Shown here one piece after another: positions 9,910 to 19,170 of a DNA stretch of 55,431 nucleotides. The stretch's first letter is position 1, and every line of letters begins with the position of its first letter. A program made the translations under genes and the position numbers. Origin of the DNA: a virus. Lineage: Duplodnaviria; Caudoviricetes. The notes beneath the pieces were generated by a model. It was not told the DNA's origin, searched no databases, and was given only the letters and a program-made list of their open reading frames with translations. The DNA is taken from positions 1 to 55,431 of IMG/VR virus record IMGVR_UViG_3300007523_000015; one strand, written 5' to 3'.

Positions 9910-10923
9910 TTAAAATTTAAAATAATTCTTATAAGAGTTCCACTGCCAGCCCCGTTTAATGTTCGGTTCTGCTTCCGGCCATCTGCCTTTAATTACATCT
10001 TTGGCATAATCATAGGCAGCATCGGGATGTTTCATTATATAAGGTTCTGCTTCCGGCCATCTTCCCTTAATTACATCTCGGGCATAAGCATAGGCAGCAT
10101 AGGGATGTTTCATTATATAAGGTTCTGCTTCCGGCCACCGTCCTCTAATCACATTCGTAGCATATTCTGATAACCGACCCGAGTCATTTTCTAATAATAA
10201 TGATTCGGCTTCCGGCCATCTTCCCTTAATTACATCTTTAGCATACAAATATGCTGTCCTTTCGTTTTTCAATATGATCGGCTCTGCCTTCGGCCACCGT
10301 CCTCTAATCACATTCTTAGCATATTCGTATGCTTTCATCGGATCTTTCAATATCTTTTGTTCTTCCCTTGAAGATAATTTCTGTGGATTTGGATTTTGTC
10401 TCCTATATTCTATATATTCTTTTCCGGTCATCAATTCTTTAGGTTTGTCCTTTATGAGCACATTATTATTGCCGACACCAATACTAGCTGTCCATAAATT
10501 ATCTAGCGAAGAGACTATAACTCGCGGATCAAGTAATAGTGGTTTATATTTACCTATATCGATGTCATTTATATTTTCGGGTGGGACAATTATTGATATT
10601 TTTGTAATATATTTATTTGCATTTTCGATTGTTCCAGTTACATATTCTTCGTATTCAGTTGCCTGGTTTGGTCCTTTTCCGCTGTTATAATCTAAATCTA
10701 TCTGGGGTTTAAGTCTTTTTCCTATATCTCTGTACAATAAATTCTGATTTATAGACAGAACAACATTTCCAAATCTCGGTGCTACTCTTATATCTCTGGA
10801 CAAACTTACACCATGGTTTCCACTTATTTTATTCGACTTTATAATCCCTAATGCTCCACTTAAATCTGTTCCGTGGTATAAATCAGCAGATCTACTTTCC
10901 ATAATGAATTCAAATAATCTCAT
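9910..10923 (-). CDS. Putative ADP-ribosyltransferase-fold protein with five ~26-aa C-terminal repeats
   Basis: LYHGT...GVSLSRD...EYEE; repeats of YAxxVIxGRWPEAE. Confidence 0.5.
   Translation of the reverse strand: MRLFEFIMESRSADLYHGTDLSGALGIIKSNKISGNHGVSLSRDIRVAPRFGNVVLSINQNLLYRDIGKRLKPQIDLDYNSGKGPNQATEYEEYVTGTIENANKYITKISIIVPPENINDIDIGKYKPLLLDPRVIVSSLDNLWTASIGVGNNNVLIKDKPKELMTGKEYIEYRRQNPNPQKLSSREEQKILKDPMKAYEYAKNVIRGRWPKAEPIILKNERTAYLYAKDVIKGRWPEAESLLLENDSGRLSEYATNVIRGRWPEAEPYIMKHPYAAYAYARDVIKGRWPEAEPYIMKHPDAAYDYAKDVIKGRWPEAEPNIKRGWQWNSYKNYFKF
9960..10350 (-). repeat. Five ~78-nt coding tandem repeats
   Basis: Recurring gcttccggcca...ttaattacatct units; the last two are nearly identical. 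Confidence 0.85.
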
Positions 10924-10926
10924 AGA

Positions 10927-11799
10927 TTAAACTCTTACGATAAGTTTTTCTAATACGCCTGGATCTAATACTTCTTTACTAGGAATGTATCTAAACTTTA
11001 ACCACATGAAGTTTGCAGCAAATGTCCAGGCTTGTGTTCCTGTATATCCAAGAAACTCTATGTCTTGTGACGTTGTCGATGGGTAAATCTTAAACCATCG
11101 TGCTGCACTCGGTGTTGGATTTGGGGATTCTTCTAATGTTCCCCAAATTTCAACAATGCCTGTAAAGTTTATTGTATAGGTCGAGAATGAATGCACAGAA
11201 TTAATGTGATTTAATACTCTAGCACCGGCGATTCGGCCAGTGTAGAAACTGTCAACCACTGGACCAAATACCGGAATATTCATATCTGGTGTCCAGTCTT
11301 TTGGCAAATATGTTGTGCTAGGCTTTGGTGCTTTAAATGCTTGCTCGGTAATCTCTATCTCCATTGCTACGTTATCATCTATATCACTAAACAAAGGACG
11401 CTCAACAAACTCGCCTTGCATCCCTGATACAAAATCCTGTGTTCTAATAAGAACCATGTTATAAAGTCCGGCATGTAACGATGCAATGTCCCCTCCATCC
11501 AACTCTAATGTAATAATACCCTTAGCTGGACCTAAGCGGCATAGCTTCTCTAATACTACTCGCCTGTTATCAGGATCCATAATACGAGCATATACTTGCT
11601 GATTGCACGAAATATCTAATGGTGCTCTATCAGGGCCTAATACTCTGAAGATTGCTTTATTATCTATCCCTTTATGGATTTTAATTGGGTTTTTGGACAT
11701 GGGACCGGTATCCTTATATGAAGAGAAAGTATCATCTACCATTAGCAATTGCCTTACATGGTCATATAAATACAATTTATTAAATGTTATATCAGACAT
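10927..11799 (-). CDS. Conserved phage protein, probably structural (beta-rich)
   Basis: Likely start MSDITF at 11799; beta-rich sequence; GATAAATA at 11956-11963. Confidence 0.45.
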   Translation of the reverse strand: MSDITFNKLYLYDHVRQLLMVDDTFSSYKDTGPMSKNPIKIHKGIDNKAIFRVLGPDRAPLDISCNQQVYARIMDPDNRRVVLEKLCRLGPAKGIITLELDGGDIASLHAGLYNMVLIRTQDFVSGMQGEFVERPLFSDIDDNVAMEIEITEQAFKAPKPSTTYLPKDWTPDMNIPVFGPVVDSFYTGRIAGARVLNHINSVHSFSTYTINFTGIVEIWGTLEESPNPTPSAARWFKIYPSTTSQDIEFLGYTGTQAWTFAANFMWLKFRYIPSKEVLDPGVLEKLIVRV

Positions 11800-12017
11800 T
11801 ATGATCTGCGACAGGGTAAAATATGATATTTCTCTGTATAGCCCTGTGGTTGTGTTCTTTCTTTTGCAAGTTTGCATAAGGTTATATATTCATCCACATA
11901 TGCAGACCCGTTTGATATATCAGAAATAATTGTTAAATACTTGTTCATTATTCTATATTTATCTTAAGTGGCACCAAAAAAATTTCCGAAAGGAATGGAA
12001 GTATATAAATATAGACA

Positions 12018-12390
12018 TATGATAAATTTCGACGATATTAAAGACAAATTCCCGTTTATAAGTGGTATACGATGCCATAATATCGAATACATTGGTATTA
12101 TACAAAATTCCGATGATAAAATCATCAGTTTTTATGATTATGAATCAATACGTAGCCCGGAAGAAAAGATATTGTTTCTCGAGCACGGAGAGACATGGTG
12201 GTGGGAAAGTAACCGTTATTTGCCAATTTCGATATTTTTGCAGGGCCAAATGATACCCTTTAGATATTGTCTAAAAACTATAGTTAATAAAGATGTCGAG
12301 ATAATGTTTGGCTCAGTTACAAGTCTAAACAACATAATGAAAAAGCGTATTAAGAAACGGCAAATTCAACTAATACGTAGAATTGATTAA
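12018..12390 (+). CDS. Conserved hypothetical phage protein (WWWESNR motif)
   Basis: ATG near 12018 just after TATAAATA at 12004-12011. Confidence 0.55.
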
Positions 12391-12645
12391 ATTATAGTTG
12401 CTGCTGTTGCAGCATTTTTTGACAGGGCAACAAATGTATTACTATTATCAATTGCGACAGACTGCCAGTTGTTAACTGACGGCATTGTGCGTGTCGTCCA
12501 ATTTATACCATCTGGTGAGCTTACATAAGTCGACGAAGCATTTTTAAGACCCAGAAATACCGCTAAATGCAGGGGGGCCAGATGGGATGCCTGTTGCTTT
12601 TATTCCGCCGGATGGAAAAATCTTACCTGTTATATTCAATGCCAT
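12387..12645 (-). pseudogene. Frameshifted small gene with an Asp-box (BNR-like) motif
   Basis: ATG 12645 with GGAG SD, 33 codons then stop; +1 frame beyond a C6 run reads ...SSPDGINWTTRTMPSVNNWQSVA... Confidence 0.5.
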
Positions 12646-12671
12646 AATATCTCCTAATTTGCTATATTTAT

Positions 12672-13259
12672 TTATTCATTAGATAATTTTTCTATCAACA
12701 GATTTAAATTCACAACAATTGCCAATGCATAGGAAATACTGTGTGATTTTTTAAAATAATAATTCTCGTTGCCTGATTTAATCCACACTTCTTTCTTAAT
12801 ATGTTCCCACGACGACTGCTGCAAATGCGCCTTACCTGGGCGGATTATCGCCAAAATAATAGCTAAATCCTCAACCGACTTGGGTTTAAACTTCTGTAGC
12901 AGGTTGTCATGTCCCTTAAGATGGAATAGTTGATCTGTTATTTCCTGATATTGAAAGAAGTCCCACGGCGGCTCTGTATGTAACAATTCTAATAAATGTG
13001 CTTCATTCAGAATACCGCTATACATATTCACATTTAGGAAATCAATCTTAAAATAGCCATAGTCGCTTGCGATTCTGTGATCTAACGTGGAAATATTAGT
13101 TGTCGGGTCCCTTGGTATGTTTTGGAAGTATACACCTGTTGGATGTTTCTCAAACTTATTTTCTTTACGATCTATTCGACCAAATATGCATTCTGTTTTA
13201 GAAAGTATGTCATCCCTGCCAAAGACGTCTATGTCTACATCAGTTTGTACAGATCGCAT
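12672..13259 (-). CDS. Miniature DNA polymerase III alpha (DnaE/PolC, family C)-like protein
   Basis: DVDID, KHPTGVY, GYFKIDFLN, LAIIRPG, YYFKKSHSISYA match the DnaE motifs PDxDxD, HAxG, KxDFLG, RPG, FNKSH. Confidence 0.75.
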   Translation of the reverse strand: MRSVQTDVDIDVFGRDDILSKTECIFGRIDRKENKFEKHPTGVYFQNIPRDPTTNISTLDHRIASDYGYFKIDFLNVNMYSGILNEAHLLELLHTEPPWDFFQYQEITDQLFHLKGHDNLLQKFKPKSVEDLAIILAIIRPGKAHLQQSSWEHIKKEVWIKSGNENYYFKKSHSISYALAIVVNLNLLIEKLSNE

Positions 13260-13261
13260 AT

Positions 13262-13966
13262 TTACAACCCTGCCTGTTCTAATAAATTCTTAATATATTC
13301 CACATCATCGGAATTTTGTTTAAATTTCTTCATCCAAAACCCAGCATCTATAATATTGCCAATAATGTTACCGTGCTCTTCATTGAATCTACACATCAAT
13401 TCTCCACCGGATAAACACAGATATAATACCCACGGGCTAATCTTTCCCGTCTTTATCATATATGCAGCTTCATTTACAGAAACTACAGAGAAGAATTTAA
13501 TAAATTCTTCTCTATTATCTTCCGACCACGCCATAATAGTAGTTATGGTTCTTTCTGTAGCACTAATTGCTGGTTCCTTCTTTAACAGATCTTCGATGAA
13601 TGTATAATAGATAACGTCCTTTGTCCAGTCTTTTAATGCTACCCCACCTTTAATAACAGAATCAATGAATTGATCCATGTGCAAAGGTTTCAGAGATACT
13701 AAATGATGACCGAACTTAACAAAAGCAATGTAGTATGGGCTATCAATAAATTCTTCTTGTGTCTTTGGTGTCTTATTTTTAGTCGTCAATTCAAAGAATC
13801 TCTGGAATACTCTGAATCCAAATCGTGGGCCTGATGATCCTAGGTCAGCATACCTGCGTTTCTTGACGCACATATGAGTTGCCAGGGTTATATCTTTGTG
13901 AAATTTCTTATTACAGAATTTACATTGATGATTCTGTTCCATTTTCTTTTTACTTACGCTTTGCAT
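13262..13966 (-). CDS. Conserved phage protein with N-terminal Zn finger
   Basis: CKFC...HMC. Confidence 0.55.
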   Translation of the reverse strand: MQSVSKKKMEQNHQCKFCNKKFHKDITLATHMCVKKRRYADLGSSGPRFGFRVFQRFFELTTKNKTPKTQEEFIDSPYYIAFVKFGHHLVSLKPLHMDQFIDSVIKGGVALKDWTKDVIYYTFIEDLLKKEPAISATERTITTIMAWSEDNREEFIKFFSVVSVNEAAYMIKTGKISPWVLYLCLSGGELMCRFNEEHGNIIGNIIDAGFWMKKFKQNSDDVEYIKNLLEQAGL

Positions 13967-14534
13967 CTGCCTTTAGGAGTTCTTTAATAGTTTTATTATC
14001 ATATCCATTCGACATAAAAAAGTCTTCCAATTCTTCTGTCGTATTTACTTCTAACAACAACTCTAATTCGTCATCTTTCATCATAGGATAAAATTTCAGT
14101 ATTTCTTCCTCTAACTTATTCTTGGTTGCGCCTTTGCCGGGTTTAATGAATTTACGTCTTGGCGATTTACCAGTACCACAGAGTGTCAGAAGCATCCATT
14201 GTAACTCTTTATGACCAGCTTTGCCCATAGTCTTTAATGGTGCTAACACTGAAAAGTTAGCATTGACAAAATCATTTACTGACAATAAATAATGTGGCTG
14301 ATCATTATTTGAATCTGCTGAAGCCAGCCATCGCATTAAAATCCAAGGCTCTATACTATCTTTCTCGTCCTGATTCAAGTTACGATAATAGAATTTGTCT
14401 TGTCTGTCAATCGCAGGTAATACTTGCCTAAACAAATCTAGCTTGTAAGATTTTGCTTCTTCGGCATTATCGCTTTCTTTAGAGTCGGGATTTAATTCAA
14501 AGAATTCGCCCAACCAACTGTCTATATTACTCAA
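13950..14534 (-). CDS. Putative clamp-loader small subunit (gp62-like)
   Basis: PWILMRWLAS...HKELQWMLL...KFIK pattern; replication context. Confidence 0.5.
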   Translation of the reverse strand: MSNIDSWLGEFFELNPDSKESDNAEEAKSYKLDLFRQVLPAIDRQDKFYYRNLNQDEKDSIEPWILMRWLASADSNNDQPHYLLSVNDFVNANFSVLAPLKTMGKAGHKELQWMLLTLCGTGKSPRRKFIKPGKGATKNKLEEEILKFYPMMKDDELELLLEVNTTEELEDFFMSNGYDNKTIKELLKADAKRK

Positions 14535-15033
14535 AAAGTGCCCCTATATCGATCACATCAGGAAGTTTACTAACCTCTTTAACAAATAATACACAATTCG
14601 GGTAAGGTTTATCTTCTACTGGTACAACCAAAATATTTCCATTCTTTAACTTAGGAAAGAACCATTTCACTTCTGCATACACATTTGTAATGTTTATTTG
14701 CTGTGGTCTCGGCACCATATGCCTTAAAGGATTATACACCATTGTGTGAAATTCTCTATCATTCAAACTTGTAAGTGGCATAACTTCCAAATCACTATAA
14801 TCTTCATCACATACCAATATACACCAATCTAGTGGCATTTGTATGGTGTATTTTCCAATATTTAATACCACTGCTGGTGCCGAGAAGCTTTCTAGAAATA
14901 TAAGTGGGATAAAGAAATAGTCCGGATTCTTCGGATCAGAATAATCAAGAACTGCGTACCTGATATCTTCAATTTCGTTTGGAATCTTATCCAAATTATA
15001 TGCTTTATTTTCGTTCGTGAGGATGAATGTCAT
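14527..15033 (-). CDS. Conserved hypothetical phage protein
   Basis: 168-aa ORF with AAGG SD, coupled to the downstream gene. Confidence 0.5.
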   Translation of the reverse strand: MTFILTNENKAYNLDKIPNEIEDIRYAVLDYSDPKNPDYFFIPLIFLESFSAPAVVLNIGKYTIQMPLDWCILVCDEDYSDLEVMPLTSLNDREFHTMVYNPLRHMVPRPQQINITNVYAEVKWFFPKLKNGNILVVPVEDKPYPNCVLFVKEVSKLPDVIDIGALFE

Positions 15034-15114
15034 TAATATACCTTATGATAAATAAGTGTAGTTCGCGATACTATCAATATCCAACTACTCTAACGCCTAT
15101 CAGGAGCAATCAGC

Positions 15115-15780
15115 ATGATATTTATCGACAACAAATACACTAAGTGTTATTTTAACATCATTGCTATAGCAAAAGCAAGAATTTCGATTACGGGTTATGT
15201 AGAAAAACATCATATTTTGCCACGATCACTCGGTGGAAATAATACTACATCTAATTTAGTGCAATTAACAGCACGAGAACATTTTATATGCCACGCATTA
15301 CTAACTAAAATGACATCTGGGGATGATAGAAGAAAAATGATTTTTGCTTCTAATATGATGTTGTGTGGTAAAAATAGATATGTCCCGTCTGGTAAAATCT
15401 ATCAGATTGTAAAGGAAGATTTTGCCAAAATGTCTTCTATATTACATACTGGAAAATCTATATCAGATAAACAGAAATTATTAATTTCGGAAGCAAATAA
15501 GAATAAAATTGTTTCAGATGAAACATGTATTAAAATTTCTAATAGTAAGATTGGAAAGAAAAGAAAATTGTTTACCGAATCTGCCAAAGAAAATATGAGT
15601 AAATGCAAATTAGGTGAAAAGAATGCAAATTTTGGAAAAACTTTCACGGCTTGCACAATAGAAAAAATGAAGTTATCTGCACAAAATCGGTCTAAATTAA
15701 AATGCCTCTGCGGAAAGGAATGTTCGCCATCAAATTTCAAAAGATGGCATGGAGATAACTGCAAGTTAATTAAATCCTAG
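15115..15780 (+). mobile_element. HNH homing endonuclease with NUMOD3, inserted antisense
   Basis: EKHHILPRSLGG...NLV.LTAREHFICH; C-terminal CxC...WHGDNC; own GATAAATA at 15047-15054. Confidence 0.85.
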
Positions 15781-16101
15781 TGTTTCTTTTCTATATACTT
15801 CCCAGTCGGCATCTAACTTCTTCGGATCTCGTGCAGGACCATATTTGCCGTATGATATCGACCGCTGGCTCACTCCGCATTTGATCAGGTAATCGTAGAG
15901 CATATTCTCGAAACCAAGGTGTCTATATGACAAAAATGTAATGCTTGTCGCAGTTTCTGATGCATCGTTATATGTCAATGTTATCTTCGTCTGATACATG
16001 CCGGGGGATCGTTCCGATATAATAACATCTAATTCATTGGCTGTCATGAATATTTCTATCAGATCCTTATATCCCCACGATATATTTGTTTCTACTATCA
16101 T
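15766..16101 (-). CDS. Hypothetical protein
   Basis: 111-aa ORF coupled to the UvsW C-part (TAATG). Confidence 0.45.
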   Translation of the reverse strand: MIVETNISWGYKDLIEIFMTANELDVIISERSPGMYQTKITLTYNDASETATSITFLSYRHLGFENMLYDYLIKCGVSQRSISYGKYGPARDPKKLDADWEVYRKETLGFN

Positions 16102-16946
16102 TAATAAGTTACCTTTTTAACAGAATACGGATACTCTGCCTCCGCATAAAATTTCTTTCTCTTTGTCAAGTGTCGTTTGGAGAATTTGCAGTTCGAGCAT
16201 ACATCATAAACATTTACAAAGTCCTTATCTGGTGCAACACGAATGCCACGTCCGATACTTTGTATAACCCTTACAAAACTCTTACCAGATTCAAATAATA
16301 CAAGATTAAAAATACGAACAATATTAATGCCCGTAGATGCTACACCATATGTAGCAATAATGACCTTCCCGTCTATTTCTTGAACTTCTTTATATTCGTC
16401 CTTACGGTCCTTTGACTTCATCTGTCCAGAAACAAATACCGAATCTGGTATAAGCAATTGTAACATCTTTCCCGTCTCGATTCTATCTACCAGCACAAGA
16501 GTATTACCCGACTCGGACATAATCTCTACTGACTGTGCAAGAAACTGTAGTCTTGCCTGATTAGTTGTTAACCATTTGAGTTCTGATTGATAATCACTGA
16601 AGGCTGCTGCTTTTAATAAATCCTGCAACTGCCAGACATTCACATGCAATTGTGCAAGTATGCCTTTGTCCTGAAGTTCTTTTGTATTAATTTTGCCAAG
16701 CATCGAGCCAATACATGCCAATATAGACATTTTTTCATGGTCTTCTTCTGGCATTGTTCCGGTTAGTCCCCACCGTATCGGGGCGTTTGCTAACGGGCCA
16801 GATAAGATTTTACGAAGCACATCGGCTTTCGCCTTGTGGCAATTCTGAACTACTGCATCATTAACGATAAAGTTATGGTCATCTTTTATACCTAATGTAT
16901 ATACTTCGGGCGGCTTATCTATTTCTGTTCTTTTTATAAGTTTCAT
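16101..16946 (-). CDS. uvsW: UvsW SF2 helicase, C-terminal part, preceded by a split-intein C-fragment
   Basis: 35-aa IntC ...HNFIVNDAVVQN|CHKAK, then GLTGT, STGINI, QSIGRGIR. Confidence 0.9.
   Translation of the reverse strand: MKLIKRTEIDKPPEVYTLGIKDDHNFIVNDAVVQNCHKAKADVLRKILSGPLANAPIRWGLTGTMPEEDHEKMSILACIGSMLGKINTKELQDKGILAQLHVNVWQLQDLLKAAAFSDYQSELKWLTTNQARLQFLAQSVEIMSESGNTLVLVDRIETGKMLQLLIPDSVFVSGQMKSKDRKDEYKEVQEIDGKVIIATYGVASTGINIVRIFNLVLFESGKSFVRVIQSIGRGIRVAPDKDFVNVYDVCSNCKFSKRHLTKRKKFYAEAEYPYSVKKVTY
16842..16946 (-). other. Split intein C-fragment (IntC, 35 aa) of UvsW
   Basis: MKLIKRTEI...VYTLGIKDDHNFIVNDAVVQN|C; penultimate Gln instead of His. Confidence 0.85.
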
Positions 16947-17012
16947 AGTTTCTTTATCTTATTCTGAGTTTTGATATCAAATAACAACATGCTGATCCCA
17001 TTCTCTACGATC

Positions 17013-18038
17013 TTATGTATTTCGGTTTATGCTTTTTATATCATCTGCAAGAGACAATTGATCTGCTCGTACCCAACCTCGTTGAGTTAAAAACTTATGA
17101 TTTCCTGTAACTTTTATTTTCTTATTATTATCGAACTCTAATTTATACATTTTTTCATTTGACGATTTTGTCAGATTTTTATAGACTGCATCAACGGTAT
17201 CTTCTTTGAATATATTCTCCATTTCTGAATAGTTTATTATCCTATCCCCGACTTTTATTTCCGATATTTTCAAATAGCCCAATGATGTCAAGACTAATGC
17301 ATCTGGGTGAAAACATTCGTCCACCATAACGCAAACTACTCCTTCGAAGAAATCGTTTATATCGATCTCTAAATCGGTTTCTTTCGAACGCTTTGCTAGG
17401 CTTTCCAGACTTTGCCATGTACATATAGTGTGAGTTTTTAAATACTCTTTCCTATCTCCATAAAATACGCCTACATCTAATCCAAGATTGATATAATCTT
17501 CTTCTGTTTGCGTTACTAAATCCTTAGTCGGCACAATCACTATGCTGCGACCATACTGCTGAACCTTATGGCTTAAAATCGCCGTAATTAGCGTTTTTCC
17601 CGAGCCGGTCGGGCAAATATTTACACCGGTTAAGTTGTTCAAATACGAATTAATGCATTCGGTTTGGTGTTCCTTGATAACAATCGGTTGTCCGGCAAGT
17701 GTATGTCCTTTGGGCCAGGTGATATGTGAATAGCTATCTGCAACTACTTCGTCGAAGACAAAGTCGTGTGTCGTATCTCTAAGATCATCTATTTCTATTT
17801 CATATCCCTGTGCCTGAACAATGGGCAACAATGTATCTAATAGATTAAGATATGTGCGCGCTCCTACATCACAGAAAGAGATCTTACCGTTCCATCTTCC
17901 GAGCCGATAAGCTGGAGTATATCGTGCATGCTCCATAAAGAATTCTAAAGACTGTGTCATTTTTCGTCGTGTGACGATATCAAGCCCCTCGAACTTTACG
18001 TTACATTCATCTTGTATGATTAGTTTTGTTGTTGCCAT
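17013..18038 (-). CDS. uvsW: UvsW SF2 helicase, N-terminal part, fused to a split-intein N-fragment
   Basis: PTGSGKT, IVPTKDLVTQ, TWQSL, VMVDE|CFHPDA. Confidence 0.9.
   Translation of the reverse strand: MATTKLIIQDECNVKFEGLDIVTRRKMTQSLEFFMEHARYTPAYRLGRWNGKISFCDVGARTYLNLLDTLLPIVQAQGYEIEIDDLRDTTHDFVFDEVVADSYSHITWPKGHTLAGQPIVIKEHQTECINSYLNNLTGVNICPTGSGKTLITAILSHKVQQYGRSIVIVPTKDLVTQTEEDYINLGLDVGVFYGDRKEYLKTHTICTWQSLESLAKRSKETDLEIDINDFFEGVVCVMVDECFHPDALVLTSLGYLKISEIKVGDRIINYSEMENIFKEDTVDAVYKNLTKSSNEKMYKLEFDNNKKIKVTGNHKFLTQRGWVRADQLSLADDIKSINRNT
17016..17315 (-). other. Split intein N-fragment (IntN, 100 aa) of UvsW
   Basis: CFHPDALV...IKVGD...block B VTGNHKFLT.RGWVRADQL. Confidence 0.88.
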
Positions 18039-18047
18039 TTATATCTG

Positions 18048-18404
18048 TTACGGAGTTTTAGCCGTTAATAATGTGAAAAAGTCCCTGCCCATCTTTTCAT
18101 AGAATGCAGAATCCAATGCAGTACCATCCTGCACTATCTCAATCGGCAATCTTACTGTCATTTCTATCTCCGGAGCAAATTTGTTATTATTCATTGTTAC
18201 TTGTTTTTTTACTAATGTTATCATATGTTTCCTTGTAATTTTTACCATGCCATTAAGACTTTTAGGCAGTATGTGATGCTTTTCTGTATATCCGGTTAAA
18301 ATCCGTGATGACGTAGAAGTAATAATATTCCTATACCACAAAGTATATTTTGAATTTTTACTCATCTCATCTACAATATCTAAATAGTCACACACTTGCA
18401 TCAT
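18048..18404 (-). pseudogene. Truncated HNH endonuclease remnant in frame with a small ORF (MNNNKFAPEIE...)
   Basis: KYTLWYRNII...GYTEKHHILPKSL matches the starts of the HNHs at 15115 and 28659, then breaks off. Confidence 0.6.
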
Positions 18405-18849
18405 CTAAGCCAGCCGTTCTGAGTTTTATTATATTCGAAGAACTAAAAGACTTCTGCTCTAGTGCTTTAGATATGCCCAAATATTTATTTCGCAATAATG
18501 CAACTTCATTTATCAATAAAGTAGAGTCAACAATGCTTGCCACGCCGTCTACATACTTTTCTGCATCTCTGGAACTAAGTGTTTTATTGTATGCTTCTAG
18601 AAACTTTTTAAACTCGGCCGATCTATCCTTACGTAGCTGTATATTTAGATATTCTAATACTGCCTCGATTTCCTGTAACTGAACATACCTATGTTCAACA
18701 ATACCCGGTAACTCGGCTGCATGTTTTTCTAATGTCTTACCTTTAAGGGATAATTCAAATCGTGCAGCCTCGAGTTCCGTTTCGAAGTGTATGATGAAAT
18801 CGGGTATCTTTGATATATCTCCCGTTACTTTATAATACCAGCTCGACAT
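18388..18849 (-). CDS. uvsY: UvsY recombination mediator
   Basis: Helical 153 aa, LSSRDAEKYVDG; lies between uvsX and uvsW. Confidence 0.7.
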   Translation of the reverse strand: MSSWYYKVTGDISKIPDFIIHFETELEAARFELSLKGKTLEKHAAELPGIVEHRYVQLQEIEAVLEYLNIQLRKDRSAEFKKFLEAYNKTLSSRDAEKYVDGVASIVDSTLLINEVALLRNKYLGISKALEQKSFSSSNIIKLRTAGLDDASV

Positions 18850-18861
18850 TCTTATTACCTA

Positions 18862-19170
18862 TCATAGTTGATGTGTTCGTCTGATTGCAATTTCCATAGC
18901 TTGCACCAATAATACTGCTCGTTGAGTTCTTGACATCATTGCTCGTCTAATTGCCATAGCACGTGGAGGAACACCGAGGTCTTCTGCCAAAGCTTTATGT
19001 ATTTTGGTCAGATTTACTGGCTCAGAAATCCACATTACGTAGTCAGCACCCACAGTTTGGTTTTTCATTGATTCTTTAAACTGCTGGACTTGCGTCATGG
19101 TTTTTAGAGCATCCTTGCTTTTAATTGTCTCGAGTAATAATTCTCCAGAATCCTTAGCGGTAGTCGTCAT
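18862..19170 (-). CDS. Hypothetical protein
   Basis: ORF in operon. Confidence 0.45.
   Translation of the reverse strand: MTTTAKDSGELLLETIKSKDALKTMTQVQQFKESMKNQTVGADYVMWISEPVNLTKIHKALAEDLGVPPRAMAIRRAMMSRTQRAVLLVQAMEIAIRRTHQL

Noticed and set aside
9960-10350. Near-identical repeats as DGR template/variable repeats or a CRISPR array
   Set aside because: In-frame coding repeats with no spacers; no reverse transcriptase or cas gene in the window
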